64,000 nt of DNA, taken from an uncultured Pelagibacteraceae bacterium (GTDB taxonomy: Bacteria; Pseudomonadota; Alphaproteobacteria; Pelagibacterales; Pelagibacteraceae). The stretch lies in NCBI GenBank assembly GCA_902583455.1, contig CACHVY010000004.1, positions 33,929-97,928 of the forward strand. The letters are read 5' to 3'. Numbering within the stretch: the first letter of the stretch is position 1; each line of letters opens with the position of its first letter. This document shows, in pieces, positions 40,714 to 49,879 of this stretch. Under the pieces are notes generated by a model, which did not search any database, was not told the origin of the DNA, and saw nothing but the letters and a program-made list of their open reading frames with translations. The translations under genes and the position numbers were made by a program.

Positions 40714-41724
40714 TTAAGAAAAAGCTTCTACCCAACTTCCTTGTGTTGAGGCTTTTGAATACTCTGTGGCTCTTCCTTCAAAAAAGTTCATATGTTCAAC
40801 TGCGTTTAACATGGTATCTAACCAAGTTAACGGGTTTTTCTCCACATCATAAATTGGTTCTAAACCTAATTGAACCAATCTTCTATTTCCAATGAATCTA
40901 ATGTAATCTTTAACCTCTTGAGCTGTTAATCCTTCCATTGGACCCATTTCAAAAGCTAAATCAATAAATGCATCCTCGTGCTCAACAATTGTTCTACAAG
41001 CATCATAAATTTCTTTTTTAAGTTTTGGTGTCCAGATTTCTGGGTTTTCTTTGATGAACTCTTTAAATATTCTTATCATTGAATTACAGTGGAGAGTTTC
41101 GTCTCTAACTGACCAAGTTACAATCTGACCCATGCCTTTAAGTTTATTGTGTCTTGGAAAGTTTAATAAAATTGCAAAACTAGCAAATAGTTGGAGGCCC
41201 TCAGTAAAAGCACTAAAGACTGCTACTGTTTTAGCTATATCTTCTTTTGAATTAACATTAAAACCTTGCATGTAATCATATTTATCTTTCATTTCTTTAT
41301 ATTTCATGAAAGCTGAATACTCAGATTCTGGCATACCAATTGTATCAAGTAGATGTGAGTACGCTGCAACATGAACTGTTTCCATGGAAGCAAATGCAGT
41401 CATCATCATTAAAACTTCAGTCGGTTTAAAAACTGTAGTGTAATGTCTAAGATAACAATTGTTAACCTCAACATCTGCTTGCGTAAAAAATCTAAAAATC
41501 TGCGTAACTAAATTTTTTTCAGGTTGCGATAGATTTTTTTGCCAATCTCTGACATCATCTCCTAGTGGTACCTCTTCTGGTAACCAGTGAATTCTTTGTT
41601 GAGTTAACCATGCATCATAACACCATGGATATCTAAATGGCTTATAAACAGGGTTTTCAACTAATAATCCCATTTTTTTTGGTTGAATAATTTTTCCGCT
41701 TTCTTCTTTTTTTACTACTGACAT
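40714..41724 (-). CDS. nrdB: Ribonucleotide reductase class I beta subunit
   Basis: HWLPEEV, FFTQAD, ETVHVAAY, TEGLQLF, RDETLH, NFFE. ATG 41724 preferred as start. Confidence 0.95.
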   Translation of the reverse strand: MSVVKKEESGKIIQPKKMGLLVENPVYKPFRYPWCYDAWLTQQRIHWLPEEVPLGDDVRDWQKNLSQPEKNLVTQIFRFFTQADVEVNNCYLRHYTTVFKPTEVLMMMTAFASMETVHVAAYSHLLDTIGMPESEYSAFMKYKEMKDKYDYMQGFNVNSKEDIAKTVAVFSAFTEGLQLFASFAILLNFPRHNKLKGMGQIVTWSVRDETLHCNSMIRIFKEFIKENPEIWTPKLKKEIYDACRTIVEHEDAFIDLAFEMGPMEGLTAQEVKDYIRFIGNRRLVQLGLEPIYDVEKNPLTWLDTMLNAVEHMNFFEGRATEYSKASTQGSWVEAFS

Positions 41725-43655
41725 GATAAACACTCCTCGTATTTGTTTTCTTCTGATTGTTGTTGGTTTTTAGATTTATAAACATTTGCTGTAATGTCAG
41801 TTGATTTTGCATCATTAACATTTTCAGCCCTTTGTATTGATTTAGACCTGCAATAATAAAGACTTTTAAGACCCTTTTTCCATGCCTGGAAGTGAATTTG
41901 ATGTAAGTCTTTTTTATGAACATCAGCAGGTAAAAATAAGTTAATAGATTGAGCTTGAGATATATGTGGAGTTCTATCCGCACTTAGATCAACAAGCCAT
42001 CTTTGATCTAATTCGAAAGCTGTTTTAAATACGTCTTTCTCTTCTTTAGTTAAAAAATCAAGATGTGAAACTGAACCTTGATTTGTAGTAATGCTTGACC
42101 AAACTTCGTCATTATCCTTGCCATGTTTCTCTAATATCTTTTTTAAGTATTTATTTCTTACGTTAAAAGATCCAGATAGAGTTTTATGAGTGTAACTATT
42201 TGCTGCTATCGGTTCAACGCCCGGGGATGTTCCTCCGCATATAATTGATATAGATGCAGTTGGGGCAATTGCTGTTTTATTTGAAAACCTTTCTTTAAAA
42301 CCGTATTCTTCAGCATCTGGACAAGAACCTCTTTCCTCAGCTAAATCTTTTGAAGATTTATCAACTTTATTTTGTATATTTTCAAATATTTTTTTGTTCC
42401 AAACTTTACTCATCACAGATTCTAATGGGATCATCTTTTTTTGAAAATATGAATGAAGACCCATTACACCAAGTCCAACACTTCTCTCTTTTGTTGCAGA
42501 GTAAACTGCGTCACTGAATTCCTCTGGAGCGTTTTTAATAAAGTCAGTCAAAACATTGTCTAAAAATCTCATTACATCATCTACAAATTTTTCGTCGTCT
42601 TTCCACTCATCGTATTTTTCGACATTTAAAGATGACAAACAACAAACTGCTGTTCGGTCTCTGCCTTCCTTATCTATTCCAGTTGGCAAAGTTATTTCAC
42701 TACATAAATTAGATGTTTTAACAGTTAATCCAGCTAATTTGTGATGCTGAGGTATTTGTCTATTCACAGTATCGATATAAATAATGTATGGTTCGCCAGT
42801 TTCTATTCTTGCAGTCAACAACCTTATCCATAAGTTTCTAGCAGATACAGTTTGTTGAACCGCTCCATCTTTTGGACTTTTCAACGCCCATTGCTCATCA
42901 AGTTCTACAGCTCTCATAAATGCATCTGATACAAGCACACCGTGGTGCAAATTAAGAGATTTTCTATTTGGGTCTCCACCAGTCGGTCTTCTCATCTCAA
43001 TAAATTCTTCAATCTCAGGATGATCGATTGGTAAATAACATGCAGCAGAACCTCTTCTTAATGACCCTTGACTTATTGCCATTGTAAGAGAATCCATAAC
43101 TTTTATGAAAGGAATTATTCCAGAAGTTTTGCCAACTCTTCCAATTTTCTCTCCTATTGATCTTAAATTACCCCAATAACTTCCGATACCGCCACCTCTT
43201 GCTGCTAACCAAACATTTTCACTCCAAAGCCCCAAGATACCTTGCAAGCTATCGTTTGCTTCATTTAAAAAACAAGATATTGGCAAACCTCTTGTTGTTC
43301 CGCCATTTGATAAAACCGGTGTTGCTGGCATAAACCATAAATTACTTATATAATTATACAACCTCTGAGCATGCAAGTTGTCATCAGCATAATGACTTGC
43401 AACCCTTGCAAATAAATCTTGAAAAGACTCGTTTTCTCCTAAGTATCTATCGTTTAAAGTAGCTCTTCCAAAATCTGTTAAATTGTTATCTCTAGTTCTG
43501 TCAATTTTTATTGTGATTCCTTTGGAGTTCTGAAATAGCTCTGTATTATCATTCAAAGAGAAAAGGTCTGGGCCTTTATGTTTATCCTTTATTTCTATTC
43601 CTGGTTTAAAATCAGAGACAGCTTTCTTAATAGCCTGAGACAAAACTTTGTTCAT
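41715..43655 (-). CDS. nrdA: Ribonucleotide reductase class I alpha subunit (short form)
   Basis: ATPVLSN, ISCFL, SNLCSEI, AIAPTAS, LYYCR, C-terminal CLSCQ. Confidence 0.95.
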   Translation of the reverse strand: MNKVLSQAIKKAVSDFKPGIEIKDKHKGPDLFSLNDNTELFQNSKGITIKIDRTRDNNLTDFGRATLNDRYLGENESFQDLFARVASHYADDNLHAQRLYNYISNLWFMPATPVLSNGGTTRGLPISCFLNEANDSLQGILGLWSENVWLAARGGGIGSYWGNLRSIGEKIGRVGKTSGIIPFIKVMDSLTMAISQGSLRRGSAACYLPIDHPEIEEFIEMRRPTGGDPNRKSLNLHHGVLVSDAFMRAVELDEQWALKSPKDGAVQQTVSARNLWIRLLTARIETGEPYIIYIDTVNRQIPQHHKLAGLTVKTSNLCSEITLPTGIDKEGRDRTAVCCLSSLNVEKYDEWKDDEKFVDDVMRFLDNVLTDFIKNAPEEFSDAVYSATKERSVGLGVMGLHSYFQKKMIPLESVMSKVWNKKIFENIQNKVDKSSKDLAEERGSCPDAEEYGFKERFSNKTAIAPTASISIICGGTSPGVEPIAANSYTHKTLSGSFNVRNKYLKKILEKHGKDNDEVWSSITTNQGSVSHLDFLTKEEKDVFKTAFELDQRWLVDLSADRTPHISQAQSINLFLPADVHKKDLHQIHFQAWKKGLKSLYYCRSKSIQRAENVNDAKSTDITANVYKSKNQQQSEENKYEECLSCQ

Positions 43656-43688
43656 TTAACTCCCTTTAATAGTACTTTTTAGTAAAAA

Positions 43689-43735
43689 CAACTATATGTT
43701 GTGTATAAGATTTTTAAATACACTATATAAATTAA
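43689..43735. promoter_or_regulatory. Tandem NrdR boxes
   Basis: CAACTATATGTTGTGT (43689-43704) is a strong match to acaCwAtATaTwGtgt. Weaker ACACTATATAAATTAA starts 31 nt later. Directly upstream of nrdA. Confidence 0.75.
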
Positions 43736-43744
43736 AAATCAATA

Positions 43745-43759
43745 GAACATTTATAGAAC
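43745..43759. promoter_or_regulatory. Alphaproteobacterial LexA box
   Basis: GAAC-ATTTATA-GAAC is an exact GAAC-N7-GAAC. Confidence 0.6.
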
Positions 43760-43859
43760 AAACAAAAAAAAAATTCAACTAATAAATTACAATTGTTAAC
43801 AATTTAAAGTAAGCCTTACCATAATATTGAGGCAATTTACCTAGAATTTAAAATAATTA

Positions 43860-44753
43860 ATGAAAATCTTTGACTGTACCACCTTCTATTCAGAACACTT
43901 AATGATGGATATTCGATTCCATGTGTTGAATGATTTTGTAGAAAAATTCATTGTTTGCGAATCTACATATTCGCATAGCGGAAAAAAGAAAAAATTAAAT
44001 TTTAATATTAATAATTATCAAAAATTTAAAGATAAAATTTCATATATTGTAATTGATGAAGAACCGCCAAATATTATTGGTGACAAAAATGGTTTCGCAA
44101 AACCCTTTGAGAAAAGAAGTGATAGTTTGAAAAGGATAGAACTGTCCTATGATTATATGATTAAAGCATTATCTGATGTTAACGAGAATGATCTAATTAT
44201 ATTAAGCGACAACGATGAAATTCCCAACTTAAACTCAAAACAATTTAAAAACTCAAAAAGAGATATATTAATTTTCAAACAATTATTCTTTTATTATAAA
44301 TTTAATCTTCAATATGACTTGATTCCTTGGTTTGGATCTAAAGCAGCTAAGAAAAAAAAACTGGTTTCAATGTCATGGCTTAGAAATTTAAAAAATAAAC
44401 AATATCCTTTTTGGAGGTTGGACACTTTGTTTTCCAATAATAGATACATAAATCTTGAGATCATAAATGATGGTGGTTGGCATTTTACAAACCTTATGAC
44501 AGCAGAGAAGATGTATGAAAAATATTCTAATTTCGGTCATCATGATGAATTTCAATTAAGTGGTTTGACAGTAGAAGACTTGCAAAAAAAAATTGATAAG
44601 AAAGAAATGTTTTTTAATCATTTTGTTGATAAAAAACAATATAAAGAAAGATGGAATTTTGATTACAAATTAAAAAAGATAAGTGATGACAAGCTACCTG
44701 AATATTTACAATCTAGTGAAATACGCTCTAAATTTAAACAATGGTTTGATTAA
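43860..44753 (+). CDS. Glycosyltransferase family 17-like protein
   Basis: IFDCTTFYSE, VEKFIVCESTYSHSG, ILSDNDEIP, GGWHF. Confidence 0.75.
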   Translation: MKIFDCTTFYSEHLMMDIRFHVLNDFVEKFIVCESTYSHSGKKKKLNFNINNYQKFKDKISYIVIDEEPPNIIGDKNGFAKPFEKRSDSLKRIELSYDYMIKALSDVNENDLIILSDNDEIPNLNSKQFKNSKRDILIFKQLFFYYKFNLQYDLIPWFGSKAAKKKKLVSMSWLRNLKNKQYPFWRLDTLFSNNRYINLEIINDGGWHFTNLMTAEKMYEKYSNFGHHDEFQLSGLTVEDLQKKIDKKEMFFNHFVDKKQYKERWNFDYKLKKISDDKLPEYLQSSEIRSKFKQWFD

Positions 44754-44758
44754 TTAAA

Positions 44759-45742
44759 ATGATTAAGTGGGGAATAATTGGTCTTGGTAATATGGGTCAA
44801 AAGTTTGCAAGCGCAATTGCAGAAACAAATAATTCAAACCTAGTTGGTGTCGCAAGTAAAGATAAAAATAAAATAAAATTTTTTAAAAGTAAATATAATT
44901 TTAAGGATTTAATTACCTACAATAATTATGATGAAATTATAAAAGACAAAAATATAACTGCTATCTATATAGCTACTCTTAACAATACACATTTTGAATT
45001 AATAAAAAAGTGTTCTGAAAATAATAAAAATATTTTATGTGAAAAACCATTCGCATTAAATTATGATGAAGGTAGAGAAGTTTTTGATTATATAATAAAA
45101 AATAATATAATTTTTTATGAAGGATTTGCATATAGGTCTCATCCACAAACTAAGATAATCCAAGATATAGTTGAAAATAATGAATTAGGAGAAATTAAAA
45201 ATATTCAATCAAGTTTTGGTTTTAAAATTAATAAAATCAAACCAGACTCTAGACTTTTTGACAAAAAATTGGGCGGTGGCGCAATATTAGATGTAGGCTG
45301 TTATCCTTTAAGTATTTTAAATTTATTTTATAAAGACCCAGATAGCTATAAATTTTTAAATGCTAAAGGCAACTTAACTCACACTAATGTTGATGACTTC
45401 GCAGAAGCAAATATTGAAATTAATAAAAAGATCAAATGTCAAATTAAAGTAAGTTTTAAAGAAAATTATCAAAATAAGACAATTATAGAGGGACAAAAAG
45501 GTAAATTAATTATCAACAGTCCATGGTTACCTGAAAAACAAACCAACTTAGAAATATCGCAAGGAAGCTCTTACTATAAAAAGATAGTAAACTCTGATCT
45601 ATCTTTGTATGCAAATCAAATTGAAAAAGTTTCTGATAATTTTGAAAAAAACAAGAAAGATGATAAATTTTTAGTAAATATCCAAAATTCTTTAGCTATA
45701 ATGAAAAACATGACAATTTGGTCAAAATTAATAAATAATTAA
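44759..45742 (+). CDS. Gfo/Idh/MocA oxidoreductase
   Basis: WGIIGLGNMG, ILCEKP, GGGAILDVGCY. Confidence 0.9.
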   Translation: MIKWGIIGLGNMGQKFASAIAETNNSNLVGVASKDKNKIKFFKSKYNFKDLITYNNYDEIIKDKNITAIYIATLNNTHFELIKKCSENNKNILCEKPFALNYDEGREVFDYIIKNNIIFYEGFAYRSHPQTKIIQDIVENNELGEIKNIQSSFGFKINKIKPDSRLFDKKLGGGAILDVGCYPLSILNLFYKDPDSYKFLNAKGNLTHTNVDDFAEANIEINKKIKCQIKVSFKENYQNKTIIEGQKGKLIINSPWLPEKQTNLEISQGSSYYKKIVNSDLSLYANQIEKVSDNFEKNKKDDKFLVNIQNSLAIMKNMTIWSKLINN

Positions 45743-45745
45743 ACT

Positions 45746-47194
45746 ATGTCTGACAATATCTTAATAGATGAATTCGGTTTTCGTGAATATGATGCAAGAT
45801 GGTTGTTCCCGGATAGTATAAATGAGCTTGGAATTGAGTCTGTTGGTAAAGGTTTTGGTACTCAAGTAATTAATAATATAAAAAATCCAACTGTAATAGT
45901 TGGACATGATTACAGATCATATAGTGAAAATGTTAAAAAAAACTTTGTAAAAGGTTTGTTGTCTACTGGATGTAATGTCAAAGATATTGGACTATGTTTA
46001 TCGCCTACAGTTTATTTGTCACAGTTCAAGCTAAATTCTGATGCAGTTGCTATGATAACTGCTAGTCATAATGAAAATGGTTGGACAGGTATCAAGATGG
46101 GAATTGAAAAAGGTCTTACACACTGCAAAGATGAAATGTCAGAACTTAAAAATATTGTATTAAATCAAAAATTTACAAAAGGAGAGGGAAAGTTTGAAGA
46201 AGTTAAGGAATTTAATAAAGTATACATTGAAGAACTTTCTAAAACAAAATTAAAAAAAAAATTAAAAGTTGTTGCTGCTTGCGGTAATGGAACAGCTGGT
46301 ATATTTGCTCCTGAAATTTTAAGAGGTATTGGATGTGAGGTAATAGAATTAGACTGTGATTTAGATTACACTTTTCCAAGATACAACCCGAATCCAGAAG
46401 ATATGGAAATGCTTCATGAAATTGCAAAATGTGTAAAACAAAATAATGCAGATGTGGGTTTTGGTTTTGATGGCGATGGAGACAGAGTTGGAGTTATAGA
46501 TAATAGTGGTAACGAAATTTTCGCAGATAAAATTGGATTATTAATTGCTAGAAATATTTCAAATCATTATAAAAACTCAAAATTTGTAGTTGATGTAAAG
46601 TCAACTGGATTATTCATGAATGATGAGATTTTAAATAAAAATAATTGTAAGACAATATATTGGAAGACTGGTCATTCATACATAAAGAGGAAAGTAAATG
46701 AAGATAAAGCGATTGCTGGTTTTGAAAAGAGCGGACATTTCTTTTTTAATCAACCACTTGGTTATGGTTTTGATGATGGTATCAATTCAGCAATTCAAGT
46801 TTGTAACCTTTTGGATAATCAAAATAAAAAATTAGATGTTTTAATAAAAAGTTTACCTAAAACCTTTCAAAGTCCAACAATGGGTCCTTTTTGTAAAGAT
46901 GAAGAAAAATATGGAGTCATTGACGAGATGATTTATAAAATTAATAAACTAAAAGACAATGAATTTAAAATTAAAGGACTGAAAATTAATAATATACTTA
47001 CAGTCAATGGAATTAGATTCTCATTAGAAGATGGATCTTGGGGATTGATTAGAGCTTCTTCAAACAAGCCCTCTTTAGTTGTAGTTACTGAAAGCCCGAC
47101 ATCTGATGAATTAAAAAATGAAATCTTTTATTTTATTGATAAGTTATTGCAAGAGACAGGGAAAATTGGTGAATACGATCAAAAAATTAATTAA
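45746..47194 (+). CDS. Phosphomannomutase/phosphoglucomutase
   Basis: FREYDAR, ITASHN, FDGDGDR, EKSGH, RASSN. Confidence 0.93.
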   Translation: MSDNILIDEFGFREYDARWLFPDSINELGIESVGKGFGTQVINNIKNPTVIVGHDYRSYSENVKKNFVKGLLSTGCNVKDIGLCLSPTVYLSQFKLNSDAVAMITASHNENGWTGIKMGIEKGLTHCKDEMSELKNIVLNQKFTKGEGKFEEVKEFNKVYIEELSKTKLKKKLKVVAACGNGTAGIFAPEILRGIGCEVIELDCDLDYTFPRYNPNPEDMEMLHEIAKCVKQNNADVGFGFDGDGDRVGVIDNSGNEIFADKIGLLIARNISNHYKNSKFVVDVKSTGLFMNDEILNKNNCKTIYWKTGHSYIKRKVNEDKAIAGFEKSGHFFFNQPLGYGFDDGINSAIQVCNLLDNQNKKLDVLIKSLPKTFQSPTMGPFCKDEEKYGVIDEMIYKINKLKDNEFKIKGLKINNILTVNGIRFSLEDGSWGLIRASSNKPSLVVVTESPTSDELKNEIFYFIDKLLQETGKIGEYDQKIN

Positions 47195-48024
47195 ATATTA
47201 AAATACCTGTATATAAAAATTGTTCCTACGGCATAAAGAAAAACTCCAAAAAGTCTTTGAGCTTTAATTTTGTTCATTTTATAAACTGTGTTTGCTCCAA
47301 ATCTTGCCATAAATGTTGTAATTGGGACAAATAATAAAAAAGCTGGGATATTAACAAATCCAATACTAAAAGGTAAATTTGCATTAAAGTAAAAACCTGA
47401 AATTAAAAAACCAACTGATCCAGTTATAGATATAAATAATCCTATTGTTGCGGCGCTCCCTATGCATTTACTTATTGGATAACCTAAGTATCGAAGCAAC
47501 GGAACATTCATCATAGCACCGGTAATACCCATTGGTGCGGATATAAATCCTGACATTAAACCAAAGATAGCCTTTGGGTAAAATGCTCTATTTACATTAA
47601 CTTTCTTAACTCGTTCGTTTGCAAGCATTAAGTATGCTCCAAAAATATAAACAACGACTGAAAAAAAAAGAACAAGACTTTTTGTGCTCATATATGCGGC
47701 AAAAACTGTTCCCATTAAAACACCTAAAACAACAAATAACCCAAAAATTTTTACCACATTTATATCAACCAATTTATTTTTATAATGGGTAAAGACAGAA
47801 GCTGAAGATGTGAATATTGTTATCGTAAAGGCTGTACCAACTGTTAAATGCATTAAAAAATCTTTTTCAATATTTAATGTTTCAAATATAAAAAAAAGGC
47901 ATGGAACAGAAATCAATCCACCGCCTATTCCAAATAATCCAGCAAAGAAACCAACTGCAGTTGCTGCAAAAACTATAAGTAAAATAAAATGCCAGTATTC
48001 GTATATTAAAATTGAAAAGGACAA
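47191..48024 (-). CDS. TauE/SafE (TSUP) family transporter
   Basis: AGLFGIGGGLISVP; multiple TM segments. Confidence 0.85.
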   Translation of the reverse strand: MSFSILIYEYWHFILLIVFAATAVGFFAGLFGIGGGLISVPCLFFIFETLNIEKDFLMHLTVGTAFTITIFTSSASVFTHYKNKLVDINVVKIFGLFVVLGVLMGTVFAAYMSTKSLVLFFSVVVYIFGAYLMLANERVKKVNVNRAFYPKAIFGLMSGFISAPMGITGAMMNVPLLRYLGYPISKCIGSAATIGLFISITGSVGFLISGFYFNANLPFSIGFVNIPAFLLFVPITTFMARFGANTVYKMNKIKAQRLFGVFLYAVGTIFIYRYFNI

Positions 48025-48038
48025 TGGAACCTTATTAA

Positions 48039-48875
48039 TTAATTTATATTAAAATATTCAACGAAGGACCTAACAGAAACTAACAACAAAAAACAGCCAA
48101 ATATTTTGCTTAATAACTTTTTATTAATTTTGTAAACAACTTTGGCTCCAATTCGGGCCATTACCATTGTTACAGGTACAAATACAAGAAAACCTAATAA
48201 ATTAATGTAACCAAAACTAAATGGTGATTTTACATTATTAATTATTTCTCCACCTGTTATCATTGTGATTGAACCAGTCAAAGCTATTAAAAAACCTACT
48301 GCTGCAGCTGTCCCAATAGACTTTCTAATGTCATATCCAAAGGTTCGCATAAATGGTACCATTAAAGAGCCTCCACCAATACCTAAAGGGACTGAAATAA
48401 ATCCTATCAATATCCCTGAAATTTTTTTTACTAATTCTGAGATTTTTTTTGGTTTATCCATTAATTGTTCTCTTAAAAAAATAAAAAATAAACCAACACA
48501 AAATGAAAATATTGCAAAAAATAAAACTAATGCAGGTGTTTTTAAACTTACTGCCAAGAAAGTTCCACAAAGAACACCTAAAACTATAAAAATTCCAAAA
48601 GACTTTACCATATTAAAATCAACAGCATCGTGTTCCATATGTGTTTTTGTAGAAATAATTGAAGTAGGTATAATTATTGCAAGAGAAGTACCGACTGATA
48701 GATGCATTCTTGTCACTAAATCAAAATCTAAAACAGTAAAAGCATAGTACAAAGCTGGTACCATTATGATTCCACCACCTACTCCTAATAAACCAGCCAT
48801 AAAACCAGCTACAGCTGCTGCAATTGCAAGAACAGTTAATAAATTTATTATCTCATTTAAATTAAGATTTTCCAT
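48039..48875 (-). CDS. TauE/SafE (TSUP) family transporter
   Basis: AGLLGVGGGIIMVP, GTSLA, GIGGGSLMVP. Confidence 0.88.
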   Translation of the reverse strand: MENLNLNEIINLLTVLAIAAAVAGFMAGLLGVGGGIIMVPALYYAFTVLDFDLVTRMHLSVGTSLAIIIPTSIISTKTHMEHDAVDFNMVKSFGIFIVLGVLCGTFLAVSLKTPALVLFFAIFSFCVGLFFIFLREQLMDKPKKISELVKKISGILIGFISVPLGIGGGSLMVPFMRTFGYDIRKSIGTAAAVGFLIALTGSITMITGGEIINNVKSPFSFGYINLLGFLVFVPVTMVMARIGAKVVYKINKKLLSKIFGCFLLLVSVRSFVEYFNIN

Positions 48876-49879
48876 TAGGTATCAATCTGATTTGCTTTTT
48901 CGTTATTTTGGACGATTGTCATTATATGTTTTGCTTTTTGAAAATCAGAGTCTCTTGCCATCATATTATCACTTAAGTATCTTTTCCAATCTTTAGAACC
49001 TGGTTGCCCGTGATATAATCCAACTGTATGTCTCATAACATGATTTACTTTTGTTCCTATTTTTACTTCCTCTTCTAAATATTTTAAAATTTCTTTAGCT
49101 ATATCTTCTCTAGACGGGACAGTATTATTACTAAATATTTCTTTTTCGATCTCAGATAAAAAATATGGATTTTGATAAATTGCCCTACCTATCATAACGC
49201 CATCACATATTTCTAAATGTTTTGTTATATCTTCAGTGTTTGTAATCCCACCGTTGATGATAATCTCTAAATCAGGATTTTCTTTTTTAATCTCATAAAC
49301 TCTCTCATAATTTAATTTTGGTATTGAAAGGTTTTGCTTTGGTGTAAGACCTTTTAAAATTGCTTTTCTTGCATGCAATATAATTGTTTTGCAACCTGCT
49401 TCTTTGATTTTGTTTACAAATTTATTGAGATAATCAAAATCTTCAATATCATCAACACCAATTCTAGTTTTTGCAGTTACGGGAATATTGCAAGCATTCA
49501 CCATTTCATTTAAACAATCTGCCACTAGATCAGGCTCTTTCATTAAACAGGCTCCAAAAGAGTTTTTTTGAACTTTTTTACTAGGGCATCCAAGATTTAA
49601 GTTAATTTCTTTATAACTATATTCCTCAGCCAATTTAGCAACTTGTGCAAGCTCTTTTTTATCTGAACCGCCCACTTGAAGTGCAACAGGCTGTTCTTCG
49701 TTTCTAAATCCTAAAATTTTTTCTCTATCACCATGTATGGCTGACTTTGTTGCAACCATTTCTGAATAAAGCATAACGTTTTTGCTGATTAGCCTTAAAA
49801 AGAACCTATCATGACGATCTGTACAATCCATCATGGGTGCAACTGATATTTTACGATTAATTTTTTTTTTAGTATGCAA
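48875..49879 (-). CDS. dusA: tRNA-dihydrouridine(20/20a) synthase
   Basis: VAPMMDCTDRH, NLNLGCPS, FGACLM, HARKA, GVMIGR. Confidence 0.93.
   Translation of the reverse strand: MHTKKKINRKISVAPMMDCTDRHDRFFLRLISKNVMLYSEMVATKSAIHGDREKILGFRNEEQPVALQVGGSDKKELAQVAKLAEEYSYKEINLNLGCPSKKVQKNSFGACLMKEPDLVADCLNEMVNACNIPVTAKTRIGVDDIEDFDYLNKFVNKIKEAGCKTIILHARKAILKGLTPKQNLSIPKLNYERVYEIKKENPDLEIIINGGITNTEDITKHLEICDGVMIGRAIYQNPYFLSEIEKEIFSNNTVPSREDIAKEILKYLEEEVKIGTKVNHVMRHTVGLYHGQPGSKDWKRYLSDNMMARDSDFQKAKHIMTIVQNNEKANQIDT

Noticed and set aside
48875-49879. dusA as an island integration site
   Set aside because: The gene is intact, overlaps both neighbours, and has no adjacent integrase or duplicated fragment.
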